In this document: positions 60,122-64,000 of the stretch, in pieces
Numbering within the stretch: position 1 is the first letter of the stretch
How the letters are laid out: each line of letters begins with the position of its first letter
From: Candidatus Uhrbacteria bacterium
GTDB lineage: Bacteria; Patescibacteriota; Patescibacteriia; JACQRZ01
Reading direction: 5' to 3'
Length of the DNA stretch: 64,000 bases
NCBI GenBank assembly: GCA_016188385.1
Contig: JACPHV010000002.1
Location: 24,116-88,115, forward strand
Notes under the pieces: model-generated
Database searches by the model: none
The model's input: the letters and a program-made list of their open reading frames with translations, nothing else
What the model was told of the DNA's origin: nothing
Program-made: the position numbers and the translations under genes

Positions 60122-61513
60122 ATGCCGGGTACATTTAAGATCACTACGTTTGGTTGCCAGATGAATAAGTCGGATTCAGAACGCATACAATCATTGCTCG
60201 TACGGTGCTCACTGAAACCGACTGACAATGAATATGAGTCAGATGTATTGATTTTTAATACCTGTTCCGTACGTCAAAAGGCCGAAGATCGTGTCTACGG
60301 GATCCATCGTTCGCTTGAGCAGCTGAAGCAAGCGGATCCAAAACGCATCATAGCTCTCACGGGCTGCATGGCGGGAAGGGATCATGATGGTAATATTCGT
60401 AGACGATTGCCGCTGGTTGACCTCTTTTTTCCAACGACTGATATTATTCACTTGCCGCGAATGATCAGCGGCTTGCGGCCCGATCTGATCGATCCGAATC
60501 AGACGGAAGCAGGTGAATTTGGGCACTATCTGTCGATACTCCCATCATACGCGAACCGTTTCCAGGCGTATCTAGCCATTTCTAACGGCTGCAATAAATT
60601 TTGCACGTATTGCGTGGTACCATATGCGCGCGGACGCCAAAAAGACCGCCCTCTCGCCGAAGTAATGGAAGAGGCTCGCACACTGGCAAGGAATGGTTGT
60701 TTGGAATTAACCCTTTTAGGGCAGACAGTGAATCTGTACAACCCCCCTGATAAAGAGTTTTTTTCGCGCGGCAATCCGTATGAATACGCAAAGAATGCGT
60801 TTGCCGCCCTGATGTGGGAATTAAATCAGCTTGAGGGCATACAACGAATCCATTTTACAGCTCCACACCCCCAGTACATGGATTCGCAGACCATTGATGC
60901 GCTCACGATGAAAAAAAATATCAATTATCTTCATCTTCCCGCGCAGTCTGGCAGCAATCACATATTAAAACGGATGAATCGTCCGTATACACGGGAATAT
61001 TATATCAGTAAGATAGACGAAATCCGTTCGGCGCTTCCGACAATCTCGATTGGTACCGATATCATTGTGGGTTTTTCAGGGGAGACAGAGGATGACTTTG
61101 ATATGACATGCGATTTATACCGGCGCTGTGATTTTGATATTGCCTACCTCGCGCAATATTCAGTGCGTTCCGGCACAGCTGCCTCGCGAATGTACAAAGA
61201 TGACGTATCGGCAAAGGATAAAAAGAGACGCTGGGATATCGTGCAACAGATTATGGAAGAGACTGTACTCAAAAAAAATCAAGTCTATGCCGGCACAACC
61301 GTTTCAGTACTTGTTGACTCATTTGAGCAAGGACTCTGCAGTGGAAACTCCCGTGAAATGAAACGTGTAATCTTTCGCGGTCATGCATCAGATGTAGGTA
61401 CGATACAAGATATCCGTATTGACCGTGCCATTGAATGGGTGTTATATGGATCAATATGCGAAAAAAATTTCCTCTCGAATCACGTAGCGGCAATAAGCTC
61501 ATCGTCATCATAG
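60122..61513 (+). CDS. miaB: tRNA-2-methylthio-N6-dimethylallyladenosine synthase
   Basis: TFGCQMN, NTCSVR, GCMA, CNKFCTYC, TDIIVGF, TRAM domain; next to miaA. Confidence 0.95.
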   Translation: MPGTFKITTFGCQMNKSDSERIQSLLVRCSLKPTDNEYESDVLIFNTCSVRQKAEDRVYGIHRSLEQLKQADPKRIIALTGCMAGRDHDGNIRRRLPLVDLFFPTTDIIHLPRMISGLRPDLIDPNQTEAGEFGHYLSILPSYANRFQAYLAISNGCNKFCTYCVVPYARGRQKDRPLAEVMEEARTLARNGCLELTLLGQTVNLYNPPDKEFFSRGNPYEYAKNAFAALMWELNQLEGIQRIHFTAPHPQYMDSQTIDALTMKKNINYLHLPAQSGSNHILKRMNRPYTREYYISKIDEIRSALPTISIGTDIIVGFSGETEDDFDMTCDLYRRCDFDIAYLAQYSVRSGTAASRMYKDDVSAKDKKRRWDIVQQIMEETVLKKNQVYAGTTVSVLVDSFEQGLCSGNSREMKRVIFRGHASDVGTIQDIRIDRAIEWVLYGSICEKNFLSNHVAAISSSSS

Positions 61514-62400
61514 GACCGACATCATCCGGCAAAACTTCGTTAGCTTTGAAGTTAGCTCAATTATTCAACGGTGAAATTGTTTCTGCCGACTCTCGTCAAT
61601 TGTATCGTGGACTTACCATCGGTACCGGAAAAGCGACACGCGCTGAATTACGGAGGGTTCCGCATCATCTTATTGATTGGAAAAACCCCGGGAAAACGGT
61701 ATCGCTCGCGCAGTACAAAAAAGCCGCGGATTCAGCGCTTGCGCATATCATAAAGAGCGGGCGGAATGCTTTTTTGGTAGGAGGTACGCCGCTCTATGTA
61801 CGCGCGGTACTCGATAACTACCAAATGCCTGCCGTTGCGCCTGATAAGCGGTTTCGAGCCAGACATGAAAAATTTTCCGTATCATTGCTTCACAAAATGC
61901 TGCATGCCGTTGATCCGAACGCCGCGAAAGACATTGGACCGTATAATGCACGCCGTCTAATACGCGCGCTTGAAGTATGGCATGTGAGCAAAAGAAAATT
62001 TTCGGATCTGAAAAAGCAATCCGAGCACAGATACACAAGTCTTGTGCTCGGATTGGATTGCCCCCGTGTTGAGCTCTATCGCCGAATTGATAGAAGGGTT
62101 GACCAACGAATGAAAAGGGGAATGATCAGCGAAGTAAAGACATTATTGAAAAATGGGGTAAGCGCGCGATGGCTCCAAAGCCTTGGCCTGGAATATCGGG
62201 CAATTATTTCTTACCTAGCGGAAGGTGAAAGTCCAAAACAAAAAGAAAAATTGGTTCAATCTTTAAAATACGCGATCCATGACTTTGCCAGAAGACAATT
62301 GGTATGGTATCGAAAATTCCCTGATGTGCATTGGGTAGCTCCCGATGATATCACGCACACACGCATAATGATAAAACATTTCTTGAACGACACCTGGTAA
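61456..62400 (+). CDS. miaA: tRNA dimethylallyltransferase
   Basis: GPTSSGKT, SADSRQLY, PHHLID, VGGTPLY, RRLIRALE, ARRQLVW. Confidence 0.96.
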   Translation: MRKKFPLESRSGNKLIVIIGPTSSGKTSLALKLAQLFNGEIVSADSRQLYRGLTIGTGKATRAELRRVPHHLIDWKNPGKTVSLAQYKKAADSALAHIIKSGRNAFLVGGTPLYVRAVLDNYQMPAVAPDKRFRARHEKFSVSLLHKMLHAVDPNAAKDIGPYNARRLIRALEVWHVSKRKFSDLKKQSEHRYTSLVLGLDCPRVELYRRIDRRVDQRMKRGMISEVKTLLKNGVSARWLQSLGLEYRAIISYLAEGESPKQKEKLVQSLKYAIHDFARRQLVWYRKFPDVHWVAPDDITHTRIMIKHFLNDTW

Positions 62401-62411
62401 AGGTTTATCGA

Positions 62412-63941
<1,530 letters not shown>

Positions 63942-64000
63942 ATGCTATACCGCGACCGAAATACTCGGTCCCATTGTCGATGATAGAGAAATTCCTTTTA

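Overview
Bacterial chromosomal window in genetic code 11. It is most likely Patescibacteria/CPR (Parcubacteria-like), inferred from trimmed AlaRS, ThrRS and TruB, RpoA without an alpha-CTD, and a giant GNVGIGT-repeat surface protein. Most of it is housekeeping: alaS, the infA-rpmJ-rpsMKD-rpoA-rplQ-rplM-rpsI block, a glycan locus, fmt, then cutA/nth/ybaB/mreD/mrdA/greA/lysS/ftsQ-like/dnaE/thrS/miaB/miaA/gatB. The standout is 16050-26806, an integron-like gene-cassette system with non-canonical parts. An IntI-like tyrosine recombinase that lacks the integron-specific I2 insertion sits divergent from an attI-like GTT site and an AT-rich array. The array has three covarying attC-like hairpins, and cassettes 1 and 3 are each bracketed by their own long (~70-80 bp) inverted arms. 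A second motif (GC hairpin arm + TTCACCCC) follows the last gene of every unit and appears to mark sub-cassette junctions. Cargo includes a rohP/rohR-like (azomycin-pathway-type) gene pair, an FAD oxidoreductase, RhuM, Fic and HExxH proteins, several with lesions. A Doc-type toxin/antitoxin pair follows the array. All calls come from motif reading and recalled family knowledge; no database search was run.
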